Assembly (NCBI GenBank): GCA_045837725.1
Contig: JBEWZL010000098.1
Coordinates: 310,001 to 374,000 of the forward strand
Length of the DNA: 64,000 nt
DNA from: Vermamoeba vermiformis
Lineage: Eukaryota
Direction of reading: 5' to 3'
The notes under the pieces are model-generated. The model saw nothing but the letters and a program-made list of their open reading frames with translations, was not told the DNA's origin and did not search any database. Both the position numbers and the translations under genes were made by a program. Below, one piece after another: positions 52,323-64,000 of the stretch (position 1 is the first letter of the stretch; every line of letters starts with the position of its first letter).

Positions 52323-53993
52323 ATGGTGATCCAGAACCTGCGTACGTTTCAGAAATTCAATACACTTTCTAGAGGCATTAATAACATGACGTAATTTTAA
52401 ATAATTGGTTTCGTAATTTTATCATCCCGCGCGCTGTAGTTTTGACGGCATCTAAGTTCGATCACATTTTTAATGTTAATTAGGATCAGCCAATTAAATT
52501 TGATACTGTTACTAATATTGTCCTAGATTATATATTTGTTTTTGTATGCACGGTGACCTTAACATCTGGATTTTTGCTCAACAAACCCGATCTGTCGAAC
52601 TTAAAAACGTTCAACATTCTAGATTATGGAGCTAAAGGCGACGGTAATACATCAAATACAAGAGCAATTAATATGGCGTTAATGGAGGCTCAGCGTAACG
52701 GTGGTGGCATCGTACTCGTACCTGAAGGCAGATTCGTCTCTGGCGCGTTTCAAGTGACTGGTCAGAACATCTATTTGCAAGTAGAGGGCGAACTCCTCGC
52801 TACTGACGATGCATCTCAATACTACTGCTTGCCTTCCGTTACCTCCGACACAGGGCCATGCGACTATCCATTCATCGCGGTATTGAACGGCAATGGCATC
52901 GGTATCATTGGCAGCGGCAGTATTAATGGCGGGGCGAACAGTCCACCCGGTCATTTGGTCGCGAAATATCTGCCCGACTTGAACTTCTTGGTGCCGAGTG
53001 AATGGAAACTGCCCAATTGCACGGGCTATTCGTGCAGACCCAAGCTGCTCGTGATCAACAACTGCACTAATGGTAAGCACATATTGTCATTGCGTAGTCG
53101 TGTGCTAACAATTGGTAGCGCTGTTCAAGTCAGTCTCGTTGCTGAACAGCCCGTTATGGACGGTGACTCTCATCGCCTCACATCACGTGGAATTTGACGG
53201 CGTGAAAATTATCGGCGACAAGCGCTGGCCCAACAACGACGGCATTGATCCAATTTCAGGCTCGTTTATCACCATCAAGAACTCCAAGATTATTGCGGGC
53301 GATGATTGTATTTGTCTCATCACGCACACGCACGAGGACATTCATGACGTGCTGGTTGAAGACTGCGAGTTTGAATCGAGTTCTGCGGCACTAAAGATTT
53401 CAGCCTTTGAATCGACAGCTACTGGTGCCATCTTCAACGTCATGTTCAGAAACAGCAAAATTACTGATACGAACAGAGGTCTCGCGATTATGCCGCGATG
53501 GGGCACTGGTCAGATCTCGCAAGTTGTCTTCGCTAACCTTACGATGGAAACGCATTACTTCTCCAATGCGTGGTGGGGCAGTGCTGAGCCTATTTATATT
53601 ACGAGCATTGACTCGTCTACAACGCACTTTTGGAATGGCGCCATCTCTGACATCAAGTTCTACAACGTTACGGCACACAGCGAGAACGGCATTGTGATCC
53701 GCACTCAAAAAGGCAAAGAACAGATCCAAAACGTGTTTTTCGATCAAGTGCGCGTGACTATAGACAAATTCAGTAATATTTCTAACCCAATGCACGACTG
53801 GCGCCCGTCTCCTCCGCCAGAAGTGGAGCCGTGCAAAGTCGATGGCTTTTACATTGACAACGCGGACTACGTTATCATCACCGACAGTACTGTCACCTAC
53901 ACGCAACCTTCGCAACCGTTCTATGGCGAATGCATGAATCGCACGAGCTCTGTGCACCACGTTGTCGTTAGCAACTTTTTCTGCACAGAGTAA
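52323..53993 (+). CDS. Secreted GH28 polygalacturonase-like glycoside hydrolase
   Basis: Spliced signal MVIQNL|HYIFVFVCTVTLTSG; FNILDYGAKGDG; PNNDGIDP; GDDCI; intron about 53073-53119. Confidence 0.85.
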
Positions 53994-54441
53994 ACTAAAT
54001 ATTGTGGTGAACACAACGCGACAAATGATATCACATCATATCATTTACATCTTTGTTGTAAAATCAGAAGAATTTAGAGTCGACATGTAATTTGGCATGA
54101 CTTTGTAAACCAAGTATCTTCCGAATCCAACAGCGGCCATTACTAAAACGTAGTGCTAAGCCTAAATAGACGAAGTGCTAGGGCCTTAGGTACATGAAGA
54201 CAAGTCAATCGGAGTCATAAGAAATTTTCTTTTTTTTTAGATTTTTATTTAATTGCATCTGCGTAGGCTGGGCATCCTGTATAATTAATTAAATATTTAA
54301 TTCGTCGAAATTACAACGCAGCAATATTTAATAAATAATTTTGCTCGTGGAATAATGCGTATTCCAAATTTAAAACTCCAATTAATTCCCAACGGCCATT
54401 TCATTTCAAATCATCAATTCAAGTTGTCAACCACATTTGAT

Positions 54442-57400
54442 ATGAAATTATGTATTTTATTTGTATGCTTGTTATTTATTCATGTTGCACGAGCAGTTGG
54501 TAAGTTACACTGAAGGCCAGTAAGATCCGTTCAAACTTACCATTACAGATTCAACTCCTGGTTTTATAAAGCAGCAAATACAACAGCTCGATAATGCACG
54601 ACCACGAGCACTAATGTCATATGCAACTGGCACAGCTCATTTAGTGACAGCAATTGAAAACAAACTTGACACGAAACGTAACGCAGGTACACCACTTTTT
54701 TAGTATAACGCAAGCGTGTATGAATTATTTATTAACCAAGTACCAACCGATTTTATTAGTAAAATCAGTGGAGGAAGCGTTGGTAACATTTTTAGCATCG
54801 CATCCGTAGATTGGGATAACCGATCCAAGAAAAGAATTAATAGAAGTTGGAAGACAGGCAGATACCCACATTAAACAATGTACTTATAAGCTATCAGCAG
54901 GTACCTACGGACATCGTATAATTACATTGAATTATTCCGTCCCTTTCTAATTCATGAATGTTGCAGTTGTACGAAGGTTTAATTGTCGAATCAGCTCTAT
55001 TAAAAGTCACATTTGATGCTGATAACACGGTTGTATCGTCATCCAGCACCATCATTCCGGATCTGAATTTATCTATCGTCCCATCGATTATCGAAAAACA
55101 GGCCATCGAAATCGCAAGACAAGCGTTAACGAATAGCATGTAGGTTAGGGATAATACAAAGACATCGTATTAACAGTTTTATAATAAGGCAATTCGATGC
55201 TGGCCATGCGGAGTTGAAGATCTACCGAACGGATCTGGCACGCGGAGTTGCGGGCACAAACCATCTAGCCTATCACGTTATATTGAGCTGCATAGAACAT
55301 CATCGCAAGCACTTTGCCTACGTCGATGCGCACAGCGGTGTTGTGCTTAATGAATTCAATCCCATTCACCACGCACTCAGTCGCCAAGTCAACCAATACA
55401 GCACTTCGCAGCGCTTGTTCAGCGAAGGAGATGCGACACCTGTGAACGGCGAAGTGAGAATGTTGACAGACACGGTGTGTCAGCAGTACAACATGATGAA
55501 AAACGTGGCCGGTTGGCGCAGTTGGGACTTGAGAGGTTCGTAATTTTGTCCTCGTGACACGTGTCATTAACTCACTCGCATGACAATAGACGGCACGTTC
55601 ATTATGGAAGTGAACGTCACTACGAATTCTATGGACGGCTGGGCCTGTCCTAACGCCATGTTCTACATTGATCGCTCGTATTATTGCCCTGGCATGGGTA
55701 TGGTGCCGATGTTACTGGTCACGAGTGGGGTCATGGCTATTCGGACATGGGTAATGCAGCACACAGTACTACCCGAGCACGTCTCAGAACTAACATTCCG
55801 TTATTAGTAGTTGGCTCGGGTGGATTTTTCTATCAATATCAAAGTGGTGCTTTGAGCGAGTCGTTCGCCGACATCATTGGCGAGACTGTGCAGCTCTTGT
55901 GGAAGCAGCCGCGAGAGTACACGCCGAGAACTAATCGTTCGTGCACTTTGACTGACCCCAACCGACGCTGGATCATTGGGGATCAGATCACAGGCGTGTT
56001 GCCCTTGTTGAACTCCGATGGAAAACTTTACGGTACGTCTGTTAGACTAGCACCAAAAGCAGTGCGTTTAATGTCAATTCAAAGGTCTCCGTGACATGTA
56101 CAATCCTAATTGTTACGGTGACCCAGCCACAACTGACGATGAACACGTGTGGTGCAATGGTGCTGATGGCGGTGGAGTGCACGCTAATTCAGGCATTCCC
56201 AACCAAGCCTACGCGTTGTTCACTGACGGCGGTGCATTTAACTCGGCAACGTTTACCGGCGTTGGATTGGTCAAAGCGTTTCACATCTACATGCGTGGCT
56301 TGTCCAAGCACGTCCCTTCAACGACCTTCAGTCAACACGCTGATTTTGTCATGGCAGTACGTAGTGGAGTAGTGCCACTTGAATATGTTCTAATCCGTAC
56401 TAGGCTTGCAATGAACTCGTCACGAACAATGTCAATCTCACGGATCCATTGACCGGCCAACCTTCTGGCCTAATTGTTAGTGCAGCTGATTGCTCCACGT
56501 TAGGTGCGTTGCATAACGATAATACTGAATGCTCATTCGTATGTTAACTTTAAATTACAGCGGACGTGTTCAGTGCTACTAAGATGAAGGCTACATCCTT
56601 CTGTGGTAAGTATTAGCGCTTTAACTAGGCGAAGATGATCAGTGCTGATCTCGTTGACAGGTGTCGGTGGAGTGCCAACTCCAGGTCAAGTCGAGCGAGG
56701 TCCATTCCCGTCAGTCATTTTGCCCATTGGTCTGGACAACGTCTATTGGTAAGCCAAGCTCTTCTTTAATTAACCACGAGTAACATCGTGCTCAGGGAGA
56801 CGTCACATTTCCTCGAGTACCAAAATGTTCAGTGCCGCATTGACAATGGAGCATCGTTCAGTGGCGGTGTCTATCAAACACAATGGAGCGAGTACTCTTA
56901 TTGCCCAATGCCCGCGCTAACTGGCGTGCAATCCGTTCAGCTGTACGTTAGCTACAACGGCACTGAGTGGTTTGGTCCCTACGAAGTTGCAGTCAAAGGT
57001 ACGCGTAGTGTTGTTAGTCTCGTCATTCGCTTGTTAACAGTTTCCTCACGCAGGTGTTTATCGTGTCAGCTCGTACAATCCGGGCAGCGGATCATTCGAG
57101 GGAGGTACAACGCTCACCATCAACGGCCAGGACTTCATAGAAGGGTTCACTGGTTGCAATCCTGCAGCACAATCAACGAGTGATCCTGATTGCGCTGTTT
57201 GTTTCTTCGGCACCAGCGTGACCTCCGTTGCAGTGCCAGCGACTGTGGTATCATCCACGCAAATCAAGTAAGACTCGGTGACAAGTCTTGATTTCGCTCG
57301 TTCTTATTCAAGTGACAGATGTACTTCGCCTCCGTGGCAATCTCTCGGCACGCCGGACACGACGATCAGTTTCTCAATTGCAATGAATTACTATTTAGCT

Positions 57401-57694
57401 CTCGGACCGTTTGAATTCACTTACACTGCACTTGGTAGTAAGTCAGACACTGCTCGACAAAAATATTAACCGTACACAGGTACGCCGATAGCACAAGCAG
57501 TCAACGTGACACAAACTCCGATTGATTTGTATCCACAACACGGTGCACCAGTAGCGTCAACTGCTCCAGTACCACCAACGGACACGGGCTCATTGCCCAA
57601 TGTGACTGTCAGTGCGCCACAGGCGAAGCAAGTCTCTTCGGCCTCCAACGTCATTTTCAAGCTGTGGTTGTTAAGTTTTATTATGTACATTTGA
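54442..57694 (+). pseudogene. M4 (thermolysin/bacillolysin) metalloprotease with propeptide, IPT/TIG-like domains and GPI-type tail; disrupted as assembled
   Basis: SYQQ|LYEG and YVDAHSG.VL propeptide motifs; CPNA; HEWGH; GALSESFAD; GGVHANSGI; P.SG..EGGT.LTI.G. In-frame TAG at 54807 and frameshift at about 55699. Confidence 0.7.
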
Positions 57695-57715
57695 TAAACA
57701 ACTGCTTTACGACGA

Positions 57716-60700
57716 CTAATCGTCTTTTTTCACTTTTTCAACGACTTGCATCATTTTGCGCCACTCGTGCAACAATGAACTGATGGTGTACAAAAACGCG
57801 TTGAATTTGAGCATTTCAGGGTGCCATTTGTGCAATTGTTTTGAATCGATTTCGTTCTGTCTCGTCATTCGATGACGTTTTTGAATCTTTTTCAACGTTG
57901 CCTTGATTTTCTTCGTGGCGATGTGATACGTGGGATGCAACGCACTCGTCGTCATAAATCCGCGGAATAAGTGCACTTGAATCTCCGCAATTTTGGAGAT
58001 CTGTTGGAAGTCCTTTTCTAACGGTTCGAAGACGCCTTTGACCATCTCGGTGCTGAATCCGCCGTGCAGAGCTCCTTCAGCGGCGCTCAGTAAAAACACC
58101 AAGTTCGACATGTGCTCCATGAATGTAATGTACAGGTGTCGCTTCAATTGTCGAAAATACAGTTCTGACTTGGCTTCCTTTAACCACCTATTTTCAACAT
58201 CAGTTGGATAACTCAAAGAAGACATTTCGTAATACTCACTTGCTCTGCACTTGTATCGTCGAATTGAGCTCAGCGACTTGAGCCGAGACGTCAATGTGAT
58301 TGATTTGGACTTCAGAGACAGACAGAATTGAGTGCATGATGTCAGCGCACTTCGATATGGTCGTCAAGTAACTTTCTTTCAATCGTCTGTACGTTAGAAC
58401 GGGCCACGGCAAGCTCGTCAGAATACCCAGAATTACACCTAGGAGATGCGTTATGTAAGTCCAAAAATAGCTCTTTTACTTACCGGCCAGAATATTCAAG
58501 AATCGATACAACACGGTCCAATCCATCCAATTAATATTTGGATACGAGGGATAGGCAATGATCAAGAACGTAAGTACGGCCACCACCCTGAAGTAGTCGT
58601 TATTAACTAAAGAAATAAATATTGAAGAAGCGACTTACATCGAGTACGGTTTCTGATAGAACTCGCTGTACTGAATGTACGTGGCAAGGAAGCAGAACAC
58701 GAATGTGAATGCGATCAATATTGCCAGTGGATTGGCGTACGTGCCTGCAATCATCGTCACGAGTGCCACTGCAGCACCGATTAACGTGCCAATAATGCGA
58801 TGTACGCCGCGCTTGAAAGTGGCCCCAACAGTTGGCGTCAGAATGATAATGAATGTGATCATCGTCCAATACGAGCGCACGTTGGGCAAGATCATTGCCA
58901 CTGCACCATCGGTCAGTCATTAATATTGTTTCGCCGTTACACTTACCGTACACGGACGCCACGCTGATGATGGCTCCGAACACGGCCAATCTGATCGGAT
59001 ATTTCCACTGTTGATTGTGCCATATTTGTTTGAAGTTTTGCAAGTATTCTTTTTGGGGCTTGCCAGTCTCTGCAATAATTCGCGTTAGTGCGGAACACGA
59101 CATTAAAATACTTACTGTTGGTGATGTCTTTGAACACTAAATACACGTCCACGAACGGATACGCCAGGACACTTCTGACCGCGTAATTGTAGTGCCACGT
59201 CTTGTCGTGGTGAATCAGCTCGCTGAACTTGGTGACTGCCTCTTCGAGTGCTTGCAACTTTTCGACGAGCGTGATCAATTGCCATAAATAGAAATTCATG
59301 CGCGTGACTTCGGCGGTCGGAGTGACTCTCAATTCACCGTTGTACTCCATGTCTTTAATCTGCTCGAGATACTCTTCGGAAATTATGTCAATCAAACTGC
59401 GCAGCGTTGGTTTTCTGCTCGGATCTGCTGCGAACTTTGGGTGGCCAGCTTCAATGAGCAACATGTCTTCTTCTTCCAGCTTTGCGTAGTCTTTTGCTTT
59501 TGAAGTGAACACGTAGTGAAGTTTGTCGCGTGTAACGTCGACGTGTGCATAAAACTAAATATTAAAATAATTATAAATGAAATATTATAAATTAGTCGTA
59601 ATAAAAATGAAATATTTAGCAAATGAGTAATTTAATTCGTCTTACTCGGTTCTGCAGCAATTCGATCTGCGGCATTAATTTCGGCAATATATCGTGCACA
59701 GTATTACTTCGTTTTACGAGGCCGTGTCCCAACGATATCTTCATCGTCACCAAGTTCGCGACGAGTGAGTCGAGTTTCTTGATGATCTCTTCTTCTGCAG
59801 CGAAGATTTCGGGATTGACCCACCTGGCAGGATATCAATAAATGAAAATAAATAGCGTAGAGTATAATAAAAATACGATACCTCTCTAATTTGCTCTCCT
59901 CTAACATCGAATACAGCCAACGAATATTCTTGATTAATTTGTTCGAAATGTGCGTCAGTTTTCGCGTGTCTGCATCGCGTTCCAACTCGGCTTTCAAAAT
60001 TTCTTTGTCCAATTCAGTCATTGCATCGCCGTGCACGATGAGCTCTTCTAATTTTTTGATTTTCATCGTCAATCTCGGCTTCTTTGACAGGCGCAGCAAG
60101 ATCAATAACATTTTATTGCACCGCTTCAGTGTCAACGAGAATTCTCGCGGCAACTTGATCACCCACCGCGCTGGAAATAAGAGCAAGGACACGATGCAGA
60201 ATATATATCCGATGACAGACAGCATGACGTACTGCACTGGCGGCGAGTAATAGTAATTCCGCTGAAAGTCAAACGGAGGCGGGAAAATCAGCACTAGCAG
60301 CAAACTCCAGCCAATGAATCTGACGCAAGTGACATGCAACAGTTTTGGATCTGCGGCGACGTACAATAATCCGATCAACGCTGTCCAAAAAGTAAACATT
60401 GCGATCCCGATCCAGACATTGTCGTGAGTGATCGGGTAAAATGCTAAATTTGGAATTGCTGCAACAATACCTGTATAATAATGAATAAATAACTTACAAA
60501 TAAATAATATTTATATTTACGAACCAGAAGCCAGCAAATATTTAGCGGATTGGATAGAGCCACCGAGGCTATGACTGGCGGACATCAAGATCCCGACTAA
60601 AATTGTCATCCAAACGGGCCAAGCCCCAGCGGGATCTAATATAACGTAAGTTTGTGGTACGAACCAAAATACGGACGATGCTAATATGGCACTGGTGACA

Positions 60701-60771
60701 CGCAATGCCGTCCGAAGTCGAATGAGCGAGATCGAACAGTGCTTCGTGAGATGAATTTTATCTTTGTAAAG
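57716..60771 (-). CDS. ALMT/FUSC (aromatic acid exporter-like) membrane transporter, multi-exon, 5' end uncertain
   Basis: RTALRVTSAIL..SLGGSI N-terminal TM bundle; WKYPIRLA; YWTMITFIIILTPTVGATFKRGVHRIIGTLIG; YRFLNILAG. Confidence 0.8.
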
Positions 60772-61876
60772 CCTGCAATATTTAAGTGATAATTAGTTAT
60801 TAGACGTGAAAACGATTTCCATAACTTCGATCGAGCGTTTATTTTGCCGGCAAAGCTTTATTATTATTATTTTTATTGATAACCGCTCGAAGTATGTAAA
60901 CTCACCGTAGTAAAATAAATTACTAATAATTAAATTTACCTTTTCTTGGGTTCCATACGGTAAGTGCAAAGTTAAGGATCTGCTTGGCTTGGCGCGAATT
61001 GACGCGTGGTAGGCTGAATCACTGTTACTTATTAATTCAACAATTGTTGTCTCATGCGAGGTTTTGAACGTGGATAAACAAGTAAAATAAATTCCCGTCC
61101 AATTTTCAAAGGACGGACGTGCGCCGTCCCAAGTTCTTAAAATCCGACAAACTGTGCACAACATGAGAGATTTTGTATATGGATGTTACAAGCTCGATGC
61201 GTAAAGCTCCTCGTTGAGACTGTAATTCCGGCCTTGATTCCGAGGTAAATTCAAACTAATTCTAAAAATGAATGGTTTAAATCGTTTAAAAATACTAGAA
61301 TTATTTTGATTAATTTTCCATCATTTCTAGGCTTCAAAACTGCATCATCCAAAATTTTGGACCGAATCTGCCCAATCAGGCTAATTCGAGCAAACACGCG
61401 CCTTGTGCAAATCTTCGGGACTATTTTTAATACGAAAGAAATCATCACGGCGAAGAGGTTCAGCCGTGTAAGCGCGTAAGTTTATTATAACCTATTTTGA
61501 TCTATTTATTAAACAAATATTGATTGATAATACGCCAACACTGACTGCTTATAGATCAGGATTGGGCGTGCGGTTGATGGGAAGCCAACATAATTTAATA
61601 AGGGGCGTCAAGTTCAGGCCACTTCAGTGATTCCAAACGTGTCGCGTTAGGCGAAGGTACTTCCTTCCAGATATTTTAAGTGCCGAAGGTTCGGGAATCG
61701 AGCAAAGAATATTCTAGGTGACATTTTAATGCGCTGTCAAAGTGAGTAGTTGAAAGATTTTTCTTCTTCTTTCAGAACTTGCGCGTCCTCTTGTGAATCA
61801 AAAAATATACAAAGTGATTCGCAATTAACAAATCATTTTATATTTAATTGTTAACAACGCTACCAGCAATATCATT

Positions 61877-63046
61877 ATGTTGGCGAAGTCCATCGTTCTT
61901 GCCTTCGTGTTGCTCTGCGGATCTACTTGGTCGACCCGAACCTTTGAGCGAACCGTAAGTATTACGCTATTTATTACACTTAAAATATACTGATGTTTAT
62001 TAGAAACTTTATACGACCCGAAACAGCCCAGCGTTTCAATGCCCACATTTAATTGGAGACATTGCTGGATCCGGTCGAAATGTTTCTGCCCTTGACGGCA
62101 ATGGCGCTAGCGTGCGCATATTCCAACGTCAATCGGACTCTAACGATTTTTACAACAATGTCACCAGTATGTCAGTGGATGCGGGAGGCTACGTCATCGA
62201 CACTAACAGCAAATGGTTCTCGTGCTTGCATCCGTCCGGCTACTCTTTACTATGGCAGGTCAGTTCGCATGGCTTCGTCTACAACGAACAGAAGTTTCAA
62301 ACTGGTGGAATTTTCTCTCTACTTTTAACGGATGGCAGCTACATCACAGTAGTGACGGCTAATTCATTGGACACATATCGCTACAACTCTTCTTATTTAT
62401 GGAGCCTTGACAACTCGTTTGCATTCCAGAGGATCCTGCTTTACCCCTGTTTGGAATTTCAACAACCGAAGATTCTTTTGCAATCCTTGATGCGGTCTAT
62501 GCCAGAGTTCAATTATACGCTAGACGTGGTTGGTCGTGGTATTATATGGACGTTGTGCCTTTAGTCACCACTTTGGGCATTCCTCGAGTTATTGTTCCCA
62601 TCAGCAATGGACGCAAGACTTTGATCGTCTCTTATGCTAATACCGTTGAAACTCCTTCAATTCCTTCTGGTGCTGTCGTCGTGCACACGAAAACAATTGG
62701 ATACTGGCAACCCTCTGTCATATTAGCGACAGATCTCAGTATCAAACCAACCGCTGAATTTGGATCTGCACTTCTAGCACTGGATGATAAAAGAGTTTTT
62801 ATATCAGCACCTAAAGCAGGATATGATGCCGATCATCAAACTGGTGGCCAAGTCTTCTTATTGAACCAATTATTGAATGGCACATGGGCAGTGACAAGAG
62901 AGATTGTAACAACAGAGCAGCCCAAAGTGTTGTTTGGCACTGGCCTTGCACGAACTGACATGGATGTTATCATTGCTGCTGGCCAAAGTACATTTGCCCA
63001 GAATTATTGCTATTTGTACACTGTGCCGTTTTATCAACTTTCATGA
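61877..63046 (+). CDS. Secreted beta-propeller-like (FG-GAP-like C-terminal repeats) protein, apparent frameshift at about 62425
   Basis: Signal peptide MLAKSIVLAFVLLCGSTWS; intron 61955-62003; AEFGSALLAL..VFISAP..GQVFLL and LFGTGLA..VIIAA repeats. Confidence 0.5.
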
Positions 63047-63865
63047 TTTTAAAATGATCTGAAAATTATCATTGAATAAAACTGTTAAATTAAAACAACA
63101 ATTAATGAATTGAGTCACACAACCTGCCTTTGGTACCAACTTAGTGGTAAAGATACATGTGTGGTTAATTATTTTCTGAAACCAAAAATGCAAAAGTTTA
63201 TTAAAATAAACTAAAACACAGTGCTTAGGATACTATGAGTCCCTAGCAACTTTTCAATTGATTTTCAATACAATCAATTCTCAACAACAGAGCCATTCTT
63301 GGTTCATTGACATTGGCATTGTTCTTTTTTAGTACATTTTTGTAAGATTTGTTTCCAATGACAGTTGCACTCATTGCAAATGATCTGAGGAAATTTTACT
63401 TTCAGGTTCAACTAAAGATTGTCCATCAGATAACTGTAATGGATGGTTATGGAACCTGTGGAAAGTTGTATTCCTCTTTAATTTGGTGATTGACCTTGGC
63501 CCACACATCAAGGATGAAAATGAAGAAACTTTCAAGTATGGTACCTTCCATTGGTTGCTTTCATTTGCTGTTTTTGACTGAAAGATGAAGATTAGAATAG
63601 AGTTAAAATAGACATGATTCAAGCCACTTACATTGGATATGGCAAGGTCCACGAGTCTCAGTCCTGAAGAAATTCAATTTTTCGAAGAAATGTTCGGAAA
63701 CTGTAATAATTCATACAACTAAATTAAATAAATAGTACGTTAAAAACAAACAGAGCATGCTAGAGAAAAAACAAAGTTTATGAAAAAGAATTTTGCATAT
63801 GAAAAAGATGTATTTATTGTAAAACAAAACCTGCTACAGGCAAAAAGTTTTACAAGTCAAATGCC

Positions 63866-64000
63866 CTACTTGGCATTAGATTTGGACTTCTTGGTGAAGT
63901 TTGTAGGTGACGAAGGTTCATCACGTTTGCGCTTTTTGGAAGTTGCCGGGGTTTCATCCATGATGCCAGGCACATAAGGAGTCTCAGGCAAATCCTCATC
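63866..64000 (-). CDS. 3' end of an unidentified CDS entering from the right edge
   Basis: DEDLPETPYVPGIMDETPATSKKRKRDEPSSPTNFTKKSKSNAK* with NLS-like KKRKR. Confidence 0.4.
   Translation of the reverse strand, partial: DEDLPETPYVPGIMDETPATSKKRKRDEPSSPTNFTKKSKSNAK

Noticed and set aside
57694-57716. Convergent stop codons only about 20 bp apart
   Set aside because: Consistent with general compaction of this genome; not distinctive without transcript data.
1-64000. Prokaryotic interpretation (operons, CRISPR, defence island) prompted by bacterial-like domains
   Set aside because: Spliceosomal introns, actins, F-box, CH and SLC25 genes show eukaryotic nuclear DNA; no repeat-spacer array is present.

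Overview
Gene-dense eukaryotic DNA with many short GT-AG introns (mostly about 45-60 nt, CTAA/CTGA-like branch sites), AT-rich introns and intergenic gaps, and GC-richer exons. The source is probably a free-living amoeboid protist (Amoebozoa-like; inference). About 24 protein-coding loci were read by hand-splicing. Housekeeping or enzyme genes: PCIF1-like fragment, mL54-like protein, condensation/acyltransferase, tandem-CH actin-binding protein, SAP-domain protein, divergent mitochondrial carrier, two intronless divergent actins, GT32, PlsC-like, DFR-like reductase, M13 peptidase, GH28 and an ALMT/FUSC transporter. Most notable: (i) tandem F-box + Ras/Rab-like + CaaX fusion genes with altered P-loops; (ii) two giant GPI-type surface proteins built from bacterial-style repeats (20x Big-1/invasin-like; DUF11/isopeptide-like + DNRLRE + EGF); (iii) an unnamed C-terminal module with ZP-domain-like organisation shared by two surface genes; (iv) a 12-bp palindrome, TGACACGTGTCA, present six times, mostly in introns; (v) three genes with apparent frameshifts or stops. 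No rRNA, tRNA, CRISPR array or intact transposon was recognised. Exon boundaries were read by eye and family calls rest on motif recognition, not searches.
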